Shown: one piece after another, positions 9,074 through 18,582 of the stretch
How the letters are laid out: each line of letters starts with the position of its first letter
How positions within the stretch are numbered: position 1 is the first letter of the stretch
From: an uncultured Myxococcales bacterium
Lineage (GTDB): Bacteria > Myxococcota_A > SURF-8 > CAYNVS01
NCBI GenBank assembly: GCA_964400725.1
Contig: CAYNVS010000001.1
Coordinates: forward strand, 43,191-107,190
Direction: 5' to 3'
DNA length: 64,000 bases
Made by a program: the position numbers and the translations under genes
Notes under the pieces: model-generated
What the model was told of the DNA's origin: nothing
The model's database searches: none
The model's input: the letters and a program-made list of their open reading frames with translations, nothing else

Positions 9074-10423
9074 ATGGGAGTTTTATTTGGAACTGACGGA
9101 ATAAGGGGAAAGGCGAACGAGTATCCGCTGGACGTAGCAACGGCTATGAAGGCCGGAATGGCGCTGGCGGCGAAGCTGTCGCAGACGACGACGAGGCCCC
9201 GCGTAGTTATCGGGCGGGACACCCGCATATCGGGCGACATGATACGCTGCGCGATTGCCGCGGGGCTTTGCGCCGGCGGCGCGGACGTCGAAGACGCAGG
9301 CATTATAACCACTCCGGCGGTGGCGTATCTTACGCTTCAACTTGAGGCCGACGCGGGCGTCGTGATAAGCGCCTCGCACAATCCGTTCGAGGACAACGGC
9401 ATAAAAATATTTTCCTCGGCCGGAACCAAGCTTGCCGACGAAACCGAGCTTGAGCTTGAGGATTACATCTTAGGCAAAAAGACGGTTCCGCTGCCTCACC
9501 GCGACGACATCGGGACGCTCAATCTTCTTCTGGGCGGCGAAGAGAACTACGCGGGTTATTTGGTTAAAAGCGCGGGGCCGATGAGTTTTCTAAAAGGCAA
9601 AACCATAGTAATCGACGCGGCGAACGGCGCGGCCAGCGCGATAGCTCCAAAAGTTTTCAAACGGCTTGGCATAAACGTCGTCCGTATGGGAATGAGCCCC
9701 GACGGCCTTAACATCAACGAGAACGTCGGAGCGCTTTATCCGAACTCGATGTGCGAGCGGGTTGCGGCGGAAAAGGCTTTCATGGGCGTCTGTTTCGACG
9801 GCGACGCGGACAGAATAATGTTGTCGGACGAGAACGGAACGCTGCTTGACGGCGACTGCATAATGGCTTTTGCGGCGCGTTACATGAAAAGCAAAGGAAT
9901 ATTGGAGAAAAACAGCGTCGTCGGCACGGTTATGAGCAACCTCGGATTCGAGCTTGGGCTGAAAGAAATGGGAGTAACTCTTATCCGCGAGCAGGTGGGC
10001 GACCGGTACGTAAGCGAACGGATGCGCGCCGAAGGTTACAATCTCGGAGGCGAGCAGTCGGGGCATATTATTTTTTCCGATTATTCCACGACGGGCGACG
10101 GTTTGCTTTCGGCCATGATTACGCTGAAAATATTGGAAGACGGCAAAATGCCGGCCTCGGCGCTCGGCGGTCTGTTCAAACGTTTCCCGCAGGAAATGAT
10201 AAACGTCAAAGTGGCGCGCAAACCTCCGATAGACGATCTGCCGCTGACGAGCGCGGCTATAAAAGACGCGTCCGCGCAGATGGGCGACAAGGGGCGAGTG
10301 CTGGTGCGCTACTCCGGCACGGAGTTCAAGTGCCGCGTTATGGTAGAGGGATTGGAAGAGGACGTCGTCAAGCATCTGACGAAGAAGATTGCGGACGCCG
10401 TCAAGCGGGAGATCGGCGCGTAA
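9074..10423 (+). CDS. glmM: Phosphoglucosamine mutase
   Basis: FGTDGIRG, VISASHNP (phosphoserine motif), FDGDADR, GGEQSGH and VRYSGTE. Confidence 0.97.
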   Translation: MGVLFGTDGIRGKANEYPLDVATAMKAGMALAAKLSQTTTRPRVVIGRDTRISGDMIRCAIAAGLCAGGADVEDAGIITTPAVAYLTLQLEADAGVVISASHNPFEDNGIKIFSSAGTKLADETELELEDYILGKKTVPLPHRDDIGTLNLLLGGEENYAGYLVKSAGPMSFLKGKTIVIDAANGAASAIAPKVFKRLGINVVRMGMSPDGLNINENVGALYPNSMCERVAAEKAFMGVCFDGDADRIMLSDENGTLLDGDCIMAFAARYMKSKGILEKNSVVGTVMSNLGFELGLKEMGVTLIREQVGDRYVSERMRAEGYNLGGEQSGHIIFSDYSTTGDGLLSAMITLKILEDGKMPASALGGLFKRFPQEMINVKVARKPPIDDLPLTSAAIKDASAQMGDKGRVLVRYSGTEFKCRVMVEGLEEDVVKHLTKKIADAVKREIGA

Positions 10424-10432
10424 GAAAAACTG

Positions 10433-10461
10433 TTGACCTTTTGCCGCGGGCGGAGTAACTT
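10433..10461 (+). promoter_or_regulatory. Putative sigma70 promoter of rph-rdgB
   Basis: TTGACC-17 nt-TAACTT between glmM and rph. Confidence 0.5.
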
Positions 10462-10505
10462 TCCGTCCGCGTTTTAGTTTAAAACTAATAATTTCGGAGA
10501 AAATT

Positions 10506-11240
10506 ATGCAGAGACTCGACGACAGAACCGCCGGGCAGATACGCCCGGTAAAAATTACGACCGGCTTCGTAAGCTATCCGCACGGCTCGTGCCTCATCGA
10601 GATGGGGCGCACGCGCGCTTTGTGCGCGGCCACTTATTCGCCCAAGGCGCCCAACTGGCTCGCGGGGAGCGGAAACGGCTGGGTTACCGCCGAATACGGA
10701 ATGCTTCCGACGAGCGCGCAGGAAAGAATGCGCCGCGAAACCGGAAACAGCCGCGCGACCGAGATACAGCGCCTTATCGGCCGCAGCCTGAGACAGGCGG
10801 TCGATATGAAAGCGATAGGCGAGTGCGCTTTCACGGTTGACTGCGATATAATTCAGGCCGACGGCGGGACGCGCTGCGCCGCGATTACGGGCGGCTTCGT
10901 CGCCTTGGTTTTAGCGGCGGACAAACTGGCTAAAATGGGATTGATTCCGGAGAGAATAATCAAGGAGCAAATCGCGGCGGTGAGCGTCGGCATTGTAAAC
11001 GGCGAGCCGGTATGCGACTTGAATTACGAAGAGGACAGCCGCGCCGAAGTCGATATGAACTTCGTGATGAACGGGCGAGGACTTTACGTGGAGGTGCAGG
11101 GAAGCGCCGAAAAGGGCTGCTTCTCCGACGACGAGCTGACCGCGCTTAAGACGCTCGCGCGCGAAGGGATTAAAGAGTTGATGGAGGCGCAGCGCGCGGC
11201 TTTGGGAGAAGTATATGAAAGAGTTGTGCGTCGCGACTAA
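10506..11240 (+). CDS. rph: Ribonuclease PH
   Basis: R.D.R...Q.R.V.I, GWVTAEYGMLP, EIQRLIGRSLR, QADGGTRCAAITG and DMNFVM motifs. Confidence 0.96.
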   Translation: MQRLDDRTAGQIRPVKITTGFVSYPHGSCLIEMGRTRALCAATYSPKAPNWLAGSGNGWVTAEYGMLPTSAQERMRRETGNSRATEIQRLIGRSLRQAVDMKAIGECAFTVDCDIIQADGGTRCAAITGGFVALVLAADKLAKMGLIPERIIKEQIAAVSVGIVNGEPVCDLNYEEDSRAEVDMNFVMNGRGLYVEVQGSAEKGCFSDDELTALKTLAREGIKELMEAQRAALGEVYERVVRRD

Positions 11241-11826
11241 AAATAAAGGCAAAGCGGCCGAAATAAGGCGGATTTTGGACGGAAGCGGAGCGGATGTCAA
11301 AACGCTGCTCGACTTCGACGGCGCGCCGGACGTAATTGAGGACGGAACGACCTTCGAGGAAAACGCGCGTAAGAAAGCCCGCGAGATTTACGCTTTCTGC
11401 GGCATTCCGACGCTTGCGGACGATTCCGGTTTGGAAGTCGAAGCGCTTGGCGGGGCGCCCGGCGTTTACAGCGCTCGCTTCGCCGGAGAGCCTTGCAACG
11501 ACGACGCCAACAACGCCAAACTGCTGGCGGAATTGGTAATCCGCGGAAAGATTAAGCCCGAAACGCGCGCCGCGAGATTCGTCTGCGTTCTGGTTTATTT
11601 CGACGGCGAAACGGAAGTAATTACAAAGGGTTATTTTGACGGATGGATTGGCTATGAACCGAAGGGAGAAAACGGCTTCGGCTACGATCCGCTGTTTATT
11701 TCGAATGAAAAAGGTCTTACCGCGGCGCAGCTTGAGCCGGACGTAAAAAACGCTATAAGCCACCGCGGAAAAGCTCTGGCGTCTATGGCGAAAGAGCTTA
11801 AAGAACGAGGCTTATTAAAACGTTAA
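11215..11826 (+). CDS. rdgB: Non-canonical purine NTP pyrophosphatase (XTP/dITP diphosphatase, Ham1 family)
   Basis: ATKNKGK, ADDSGLEV, PGVYSARF, GFGYDPLF and KNAISHRGKA; overlaps rph. Confidence 0.95.
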   Translation: MKELCVATKNKGKAAEIRRILDGSGADVKTLLDFDGAPDVIEDGTTFEENARKKAREIYAFCGIPTLADDSGLEVEALGGAPGVYSARFAGEPCNDDANNAKLLAELVIRGKIKPETRAARFVCVLVYFDGETEVITKGYFDGWIGYEPKGENGFGYDPLFISNEKGLTAAQLEPDVKNAISHRGKALASMAKELKERGLLKR

Positions 11827-11908
11827 AGCCCGCGCCCCCTCTTTGATGTGGCTGTAAATTATGCGTGCGGAAAGCGGCGCGACCTCGAAACCGCTTGATT
11901 CGGCGTTA

Positions 11909-12100
11909 TTATTTCTTCCCCTGTTTCGCTTTCTCGCGGTATTTTTTCATTTTGCCGTCTATGAGCGTAACGACTTGAATGAGCTCGTCCAGCGTTTCCT
12001 GCGGCAGATTGCCTGTGAAACTCTCGATGGCTTCGTCTGAAAAATACTCCGCTAAAAGCGACAACTGTTCTTCTATCGACAAATTCTTCGGCATAATCAT
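11909..12100 (-). CDS. Small helical hypothetical protein (start may be 12094)
   Basis: Isolated minus-strand ORF with GAGAG SD-like sequence, TTGACA upstream (12155-12160) and an amphipathic helical composition. Confidence 0.55.
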   Translation of the reverse strand: MIMPKNLSIEEQLSLLAEYFSDEAIESFTGNLPQETLDELIQVVTLIDGKMKKYREKAKQGKK

Positions 12101-12375
12101 TCTCTCGTAAGTTAAATATTTGCTTAAAATTTAATATGCTATTAACCGGCATAATGTCAAGAAAAAACTTGACGGCGCGATTTGGCGGCTCGGAGGCTCT
12201 AAAGCGTTTAGCGCGGCTTGCGTCGCGGCGTTGCGCCTAAACTTTAACGCCAAATTCTTAAAATATGCCTTGATTTAATTTACGACAAATATAATAATTT
12301 GCTTTAAATTGTCCGAGCGCTTTAAGGCAGGCTTTACGTCTTAAAAAGCGTCAACAGCAAATCATTGGAGGAGAA

Positions 12376-14793
12376 ATGAAAAACTCGCCGAGAATATTGA
12401 CTATTTTATTTGCCGCAGCGGTTATCGCAGGGTCTTTCGCGGCGTGCAGTTCGTCGTCGGAATCGAACAACGGCGACGAAGACCGGCTTGAAAACGAGAC
12501 CGAGCAGACCGACCAAGAGCCGGAAGAGGAGACCGAAGGGAAATACCCCGATCGCAACTTCATTTTTGAAATAAGAAATCGCGGAAGCGACCCGGCCATT
12601 AAGGACGAAACGTACAAAGCGAAAGAAACGTCGCACTACCGGGTTGCGGATAAGCTGCCGACGCTTGACGCTAAAGTAATAAAGAACATCGGCGGCGCGA
12701 TTTACGTCGGGACGGCGGCCGGTTTGTACAAACTGGACGAGACGTCCGACGCGTTTAAAAAAGAGAATCTTACCGACGACGCGCAGGCGGTCATAGACAT
12801 AGCCGACTCGTTTGCGGCCGACGGAACGCTGATCGTCGCTCATCCCGATTCTTTGGAATTCAAAACGTCCGCCGGGCATAACCAAATAGCGGGAGCGGGC
12901 TTTACGAGCGTCGCGGTTTCGGGCGATACTGTTTACGCGGGGCATTCGGCTGGTCTGATTAAAATGCTTACGACGGAAAATACGCCTACAAACTTGACCG
13001 AGTTCGACGGGATTGCCGTAAAAGACGTCGCGGTTTCGGGCGCGAACGTTTACGCCGCCACCGACGCGGGCGTTTTAGTTTACGACGGCGCAAACGTAGC
13101 GGCCATAGAGGCGACGGCCAAGTTCGCGGCGCTTTCTACGTGCGCCGACGGCAAAGTATTGGCCGGAGGCGAGACCGAAGCTCTGATTATAGACGGCAAA
13201 ACCATAAGCAAAACGATTAAGCCCGAACCCGGCTCGCTGCCGACCGATAAAATCATCGCGGTCTCCTGCTCCGAAAACTATTTTTTGTTCGGCCATGAAA
13301 TCGGAGCGTCTAGTATGAGCCGCGACCTTAAAACCGTCGAGCACTTTATTTCGCAGCGCTGGGTATTGGACAACAAAGTCGTTTCCGTCGCCGAAGGAAA
13401 AGACAAGAGCCGCTGGTTTGCGGGAAATAAGGGCGTTTCCGCAGTAAAACTCGTCGATCGCAAATTGAAAGACAAGGCGGACGCGCTGCAAAAGCTGCTC
13501 GACGATTACGCGTGGAGACTAGGCGGATTCGTGGCTCCCGACCTGTGGACGCCCGACGCGTTCAGTATGGACGGCGTCAAGCTGAGCGATTCCGACAACG
13601 ACGGCCTGTGGACTCAAATGATGATAGGCGCGTGGGCGTACGCCAAGGGGGTAACCGGCGACGAGAAATACTGCGACGCGGCCCGCAAGGCGATTAAAAA
13701 CATGCTGATGGAGATAGACCTTCCCTGCATCTCCTTCAAAGAGAAGGGGATGAAGTGCGGCTTCGTTACACGCTCGTTCGTTCGCGAGGACGAAGGGGAG
13801 CTGTTTACAAGCAAATCGACGCAGAGCAACTGGCACCTAGTAACTTACGAAGGCAAACAGTATTACTGGAAGGACGACACGTCGTCGGACGAGACGACCG
13901 GCCATTTCTACGGCTATCCGCTCTATTACGACCACTGCGCGACCGAGGCGGAGAAGAAGGAAATCGGCGAGAAACTGGGCTCGCTCGCCGCCTACATCAT
14001 TGACGGCGGATTTTATCTCATCGACCTCGACGGCCAGCAGACTACTCACGGCCATTGGGCTCCGGATCACACGGGAGCGTGCGTGAACGGGTTCTCGGAA
14101 TGCCTTGCTATTTTGAACGACGATATAGAAACATGCGGCGACAGCTGTTACGGCGGCGGATGGCTAAACTCTCTCGAAATATTAGGCCATATGCTCGTCG
14201 CGTGGCACGTTACGGGCGACCCCAAGTTCTACGACGCCTACGACAAGCTCATAGTCGAGCACGGCTACGACAAGATGGCGACGTTCACCAAGGACGTTTA
14301 CACAGCCACCAGACGCAGCATACAGAACCACTCCGACCACGAATTGGCCATGCTGGCCTATCACAGCCTTATCCGCTACGAGCCGAACGAGGACAGAAGA
14401 AAGATATGGCAGAAGTCGCTGACGGACTTTCACGAGTGGGAGAAACTTGAGCGGCACCCGCTTTGGAACTCGTTTATAGCGGGTTTGGCCGGCGAAAAAT
14501 ACGACAAGAACGACGTTTATCTCTCGTTAAAACAGCTTCCGGCAGACTTGCGCGACTGGCGTTTCGACAATACGCACCGCAAGGATTACGTTTTGGATTC
14601 GTACGTCGATCGCTTCGGCGACAAGCAATTTACAACGGTTCCGCCTTACGACGAGATTCGCGCGATGTGGTGGAACGGCAACCCGTTCGAGGTCGTTACG
14701 GGCGGAGACGGGCGCGGAATTCAAGGGCCGATGGCGATTTTGCTCGCCTATTGGGCGGCGAATTACTACGGCGTAATCGAATACGCGAAGTAA
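12376..14793 (+). CDS. Lipoprotein with beta-propeller-like N-terminal half and putative (alpha/alpha)-barrel glycoside-hydrolase-like C-terminal domain
   Basis: Lipobox SFAAC-SSS, acidic linker, propeller-like repeats (YVGTAAGL, YAGHSAGL, YAATDAGV), then DSDNDGLWT, WKDDTSSDETTGH and NHSDHELA motifs. Confidence 0.7.
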   Translation: MKNSPRILTILFAAAVIAGSFAACSSSSESNNGDEDRLENETEQTDQEPEEETEGKYPDRNFIFEIRNRGSDPAIKDETYKAKETSHYRVADKLPTLDAKVIKNIGGAIYVGTAAGLYKLDETSDAFKKENLTDDAQAVIDIADSFAADGTLIVAHPDSLEFKTSAGHNQIAGAGFTSVAVSGDTVYAGHSAGLIKMLTTENTPTNLTEFDGIAVKDVAVSGANVYAATDAGVLVYDGANVAAIEATAKFAALSTCADGKVLAGGETEALIIDGKTISKTIKPEPGSLPTDKIIAVSCSENYFLFGHEIGASSMSRDLKTVEHFISQRWVLDNKVVSVAEGKDKSRWFAGNKGVSAVKLVDRKLKDKADALQKLLDDYAWRLGGFVAPDLWTPDAFSMDGVKLSDSDNDGLWTQMMIGAWAYAKGVTGDEKYCDAARKAIKNMLMEIDLPCISFKEKGMKCGFVTRSFVREDEGELFTSKSTQSNWHLVTYEGKQYYWKDDTSSDETTGHFYGYPLYYDHCATEAEKKEIGEKLGSLAAYIIDGGFYLIDLDGQQTTHGHWAPDHTGACVNGFSECLAILNDDIETCGDSCYGGGWLNSLEILGHMLVAWHVTGDPKFYDAYDKLIVEHGYDKMATFTKDVYTATRRSIQNHSDHELAMLAYHSLIRYEPNEDRRKIWQKSLTDFHEWEKLERHPLWNSFIAGLAGEKYDKNDVYLSLKQLPADLRDWRFDNTHRKDYVLDSYVDRFGDKQFTTVPPYDEIRAMWWNGNPFEVVTGGDGRGIQGPMAILLAYWAANYYGVIEYAK

Positions 14794-15029
14794 AAAAAGC
14801 GACCGGGCGATATAACATTATAATAAATTGTATATGCGTCCGGCCTCATTTATAACCTGCGGGTTCGATCCTAAATAAATATGTTTTTTCTCAAGTAAAT
14901 TTTTACTTGACTTTCGGCTTAAAACTGTATAGAAATTACATTCCGTAAGATTTGGCATGTTGAAAATTGAAGATTTGGTTGCTAAACATGTTGAAAGAAC
15001 TTAACAGAAACTTAACGAAGGAGGAGAAA

Positions 15030-15602
15030 ATGAAGAAACTGTCTATGTTAGCGCTGCTGGTAGCCTTGGTTTTCGCCTATGGCTGCACCCCGAAAGCCAC
15101 CCAGGAAGAAGCCAACGCCGCTTGCAAAAAGCTCGTAAGCTTCGAGAAGATCCCGCCCGTTCCCGACACCACCCAGGACATCATGAAGCAGTATCAGCCG
15201 AAGATTCAGGAACTCAACAACAAAAAGGAAGAAGCCAAGAAGGCCGTAACCGCGAAGTTCCAGAAAGACATCGACAAGGTTGAGAAGATGAAGACCGGCA
15301 AACCGGCTCTCGACAAAGCCAAGGCCGCCGCGAAAGAAAAGCTCGACGCCAAAATGAAGCCGGAATTGGACAAAATAGATCAGGATCCGCAGTACAACAC
15401 CGCCGATCTTAACAAAGAAATGACCACGAAGATCAACGAAGCCCGCGCTAAGAAAGCCGAAGCCGAAAAGAAGGCCAAGGAAGCGCAGGAGAAGAAAGTA
15501 ACTGAGTGCACCGAGAAAGCCATCGCCGAAGGTCTTTCCCAACCGAAAGCCCAGTGCCAGGCGGGCGCCCCGACCAAAGAAGAATTCGACAAGTGCCAAT
15601 AA
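15030..15602 (+). CDS. Lys/Ala/Glu-rich coiled-coil lipoprotein
   Basis: Strong SD GGAGGAG before the ATG at 15030; lipobox FAYGC; Cys residues near both ends of a helical KEA-rich body. Confidence 0.8.
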   Translation: MKKLSMLALLVALVFAYGCTPKATQEEANAACKKLVSFEKIPPVPDTTQDIMKQYQPKIQELNNKKEEAKKAVTAKFQKDIDKVEKMKTGKPALDKAKAAAKEKLDAKMKPELDKIDQDPQYNTADLNKEMTTKINEARAKKAEAEKKAKEAQEKKVTECTEKAIAEGLSQPKAQCQAGAPTKEEFDKCQ

Positions 15603-15749
15603 GCCGTTGAGCTCTTCTTTGAAAGAGTCCGTCTAACGGGCGGCTCTTAAAACCGAAACAAAAACTGTCCTTTGCAAAATGAACGCTTGAAAGAAATTTT
15701 TAAGCGGGACTAAGCGAAGGACAGTTTTTTTTGCATAAAGGATTTTGCC

Positions 15750-17036
15750 GTGAATACATATCCCAGCAAATCGCTTATTGCGGTTATAGTATTTTCCTTG
15801 GCCGCGACGATATTCGCCGCAGTGTCGACTTACGATTTCGTCGCGCATCTCGACAGGCAGGTGCATTCTATAACATGCTCTTATCTCCCAGGCGTGGGGG
15901 AAAAGGACGACAAAGGAGAAAGCGGCTGCTATGCGGTAATGATGAGTCCGTACTCTTCCGTCTTTAGAACAAAGACGTGGGGCGGGCTTCCCGTTGCTTT
16001 GCCCGGCATGGCCGTTTACGCTTTTATTTTCTTTCTAAGCGTTTATTACTTTACGCGGCGCAAAGAGCTTTCAAAGGCCGACTCGCTCTTTTTATTCCTT
16101 GCGACCTGCCTTCCGTTCGTATCCGCTATTGTAATGTTTTATATATCTCTAAACGAAGTCAAAGCCTTGTGCAAACTTTGCATGGGCATGTATATATGCA
16201 GCGCGGGAATGTTTGCCGCCGGTCTCATCGCGTTTTTACATAAGCCCGACCCGGCCAACGACCGCCCGATAAACGTAACGCTCGGCCGCTGGGCGATGCT
16301 GTTCGTCGAAGGGCTTGTTTTCGTCGGTCTGCCGGTCGCGATTTACATGAGCGCCAAACCCGCCTACACTGCGGACATGGGGAAGTGCGGCGAATTGGTG
16401 CACGCGGACGACAAATACGGCGTAAAAATTAAAACCCCTCAGCTGGGAAGCGGTCCGGTTCCGGCCATTGAAGTCCTCGATCCCCTTTGCCCCGCCTGCA
16501 AAACTCTAAAAGAAAGAATGGCGGCAAGCGAAATCGCCAAGCAGCTCAACCTTGAAATGGTCATGTTCCCGCTTGACAAAGAGTGCAACTGGATGATTGG
16601 AAAGTCTCTGCATCCGGGCGCGTGCGCCGTAACCGAGGCCATACTTTGCGCGGGGAACGCTCAGACCGACGTTCTGCTTTGGGCGTTTGACAATCAGCAG
16701 GCGATAATGGAAACCGGCGCGAAGGACGTCAACGGCGTTTACGCAATGATTAAAGCTAAGTTCCCGGCCGTCTCCGAGTGCGTGAACAAACCGGAAGTGA
16801 AAAGCAAAGTCAACCAATCGCTGCGCTGGGTATCGAGCAATTCGCTGCCTATTCTCACTCCGCAGCTTTACGTCAAAGGCAGGCGCGTTTGCGACGAAGA
16901 CACCGATCTCGGCCTCGACTTCGCGCTTAACCGGCTCATTGAAGGCGTTCCGGAAGAGCCGGCGCAGGCGCAGCAGCCCCCGGCGGGCGGAGCGACCGGC
17001 GGCGGCAACGTCAAAGACCCCAAAACGGCTAAGTAA
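15750..17036 (+). CDS. VKOR-family membrane oxidoreductase fused to a DsbA-like thioredoxin domain
   Basis: VKOR loop Cys pair (ITC...SGCYAVMMSPYS), TM CKLC redox motif and periplasmic DPLCPAC thioredoxin motif. Confidence 0.85.
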   Translation: MNTYPSKSLIAVIVFSLAATIFAAVSTYDFVAHLDRQVHSITCSYLPGVGEKDDKGESGCYAVMMSPYSSVFRTKTWGGLPVALPGMAVYAFIFFLSVYYFTRRKELSKADSLFLFLATCLPFVSAIVMFYISLNEVKALCKLCMGMYICSAGMFAAGLIAFLHKPDPANDRPINVTLGRWAMLFVEGLVFVGLPVAIYMSAKPAYTADMGKCGELVHADDKYGVKIKTPQLGSGPVPAIEVLDPLCPACKTLKERMAASEIAKQLNLEMVMFPLDKECNWMIGKSLHPGACAVTEAILCAGNAQTDVLLWAFDNQQAIMETGAKDVNGVYAMIKAKFPAVSECVNKPEVKSKVNQSLRWVSSNSLPILTPQLYVKGRRVCDEDTDLGLDFALNRLIEGVPEEPAQAQQPPAGGATGGGNVKDPKTAK

Positions 17037-17049
17037 CAGGAGGCCCTGA

Positions 17050-17754
17050 ATGAAAAGTCTAATCATAAATTTGGTTTTAGGGGCTGCGATTTTAATCGTA
17101 TTGAGCCTGTCGGTCTATTCTTGGGTCGGGGCGGCGGCTCAGCGCAACGAAGCCGCAATGGCCGAAAAGGCCGCGGCGCTCAAACCGCAGCTTTACGCCG
17201 GTCAGGCCGACGAAGGTTACTGCTCCCCCGCGCTTAAAGTAATTCTCAAGCGCGTTCTGACCTCTTGCGGTCTGGTCAAGGGCGGCAAGCCCGGACGCGG
17301 CTGCGAGCCTATCGCCGCTAAAAACGTAGCTTCTATGTCCGGCTCGGATTTCAACGCTCTTTTCAAGCCCATGGCCAATAGAGCGTCTATAATTCAGTTC
17401 GATTCCGACAGCGCAGAGCTGGACGACGCGGCAAAGAAGCTTCTGCGCGATTCTTTTTCCGATCAGAAGGGCGCAAGCTACTTCTTCGTCGTTTCCCGCG
17501 CGTCAACCTCCGGTTCCAGCGCGCACAACAAGGAACTCTCCGAAAAGCGCGGAAACGCGGTTTTGGACTTCCTCAAAGCGAATTTCAACGACCCGGATTT
17601 GGAGCAGGAAGTCGGCCTATTGTGGCTTGGCGACGAGTTTGCGCAGCTTGATAAAGAATACTGCGACTGGAAACGCTCGCGTCCAGACGGCAAATGCAAC
17701 AGCGAAACTCTCAACCGCTCCGCCTTCATAACTTGGGTTGACTGCAGGCTGTAA
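17050..17754 (+). CDS. OmpA-like peptidoglycan-binding domain protein with Cys residues
   Basis: IQFDSDSAELD...SRASTSGSSAHNKELSEKRGNAV is an OmpA C-terminal-like motif; N-terminal TM/signal. Confidence 0.75.
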   Translation: MKSLIINLVLGAAILIVLSLSVYSWVGAAAQRNEAAMAEKAAALKPQLYAGQADEGYCSPALKVILKRVLTSCGLVKGGKPGRGCEPIAAKNVASMSGSDFNALFKPMANRASIIQFDSDSAELDDAAKKLLRDSFSDQKGASYFFVVSRASTSGSSAHNKELSEKRGNAVLDFLKANFNDPDLEQEVGLLWLGDEFAQLDKEYCDWKRSRPDGKCNSETLNRSAFITWVDCRL

Positions 17755-17760
17755 AAAAGC

Positions 17761-18372
17761 ATGAAACGTTTAATAATATTTACGGCGGCGGCGCTGGCTC
17801 TGTGCTCCTGCGAGCAAGGCTCTAAGAGCGGAGGCGAAAAGTCGCAGATTTCGAGAGTCAACGCGGTTCAGGCGCCCGCGGAAACCGGCTCGACCGACAA
17901 TTGGTGCGACGTTTCGTTTGCGCCGGAAAAGGCTCCAAACCTTGAACTTCCGCCGCTCTCGTCGGGCGCGGGCGGGGCGTTTGGCGGACTGCCGAAAAAG
18001 TCGTGGGTTTGGCTCAATCTATGGGCTACTTGGTGCAAGCCGTGCGTGAGGGAGATGCCGCTGCTGATTCGTTGGAAAGAACTGCTTAGAGGACAGGGCG
18101 TCGCCTTCGACGTAGCGTTTATGTCGGTTGACGACGATCCGAAGAACTTGTCGGATTATCTTCGCGCAAACCCTAACGTCGCCAAAGAGACCGTAGCGAG
18201 GCTTACAAGCCCGGACGCTTTGCCGGAATGGCTGAAGAAATACGGGCTTGACCCGAACAACGCCAACGTTCCTATTCAGGTTATCGCCGACGCCAACGGA
18301 AAGGTAAGGTGCGTGCGCGCAGGCAGCATCAACGACGGCGACTGGAGAACCGTGCAGTCTTTAATTAAGTAG
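17761..18372 (+). CDS. TlpA-family thiol-disulfide oxidoreductase lipoprotein
   Basis: Lipobox ALCSC and NLWATWCKPCVREMP motif. Confidence 0.88.
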   Translation: MKRLIIFTAAALALCSCEQGSKSGGEKSQISRVNAVQAPAETGSTDNWCDVSFAPEKAPNLELPPLSSGAGGAFGGLPKKSWVWLNLWATWCKPCVREMPLLIRWKELLRGQGVAFDVAFMSVDDDPKNLSDYLRANPNVAKETVARLTSPDALPEWLKKYGLDPNNANVPIQVIADANGKVRCVRAGSINDGDWRTVQSLIK

Positions 18373-18399
18373 CAAGCCCAAATCTTACGCGGGGCTCGC

Positions 18400-18434
18400 G
18401 CGGCCGGGTTGAACGACTCGGCCGCCTTTTTTTT
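18400..18434 (+). terminator. Intrinsic terminator after the VKOR-OmpA-TlpA operon
   Basis: GCGGCCGGGT/ACTCGGCCGC stem followed by C and T8. Confidence 0.8.
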
Positions 18435-18582
18435 GCGCCGCTTCAATATAACCTTGCGAGAAACTTTAAAAATTCGGTCGATGGACGAATTGTTTGTCCA
18501 TGAATTAGGCGGTATGTACATATCGACGCCATAACTATAATTCTCTGATTGCGATAATTAAGAGAATCCGGCGGCAAATCCG

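Noticed and set aside
14861-14871. GGGTTCGATCC, resembling a tRNA T-arm
   Set aside because: No acceptor stem, D-arm or anticodon arm can be built around it.
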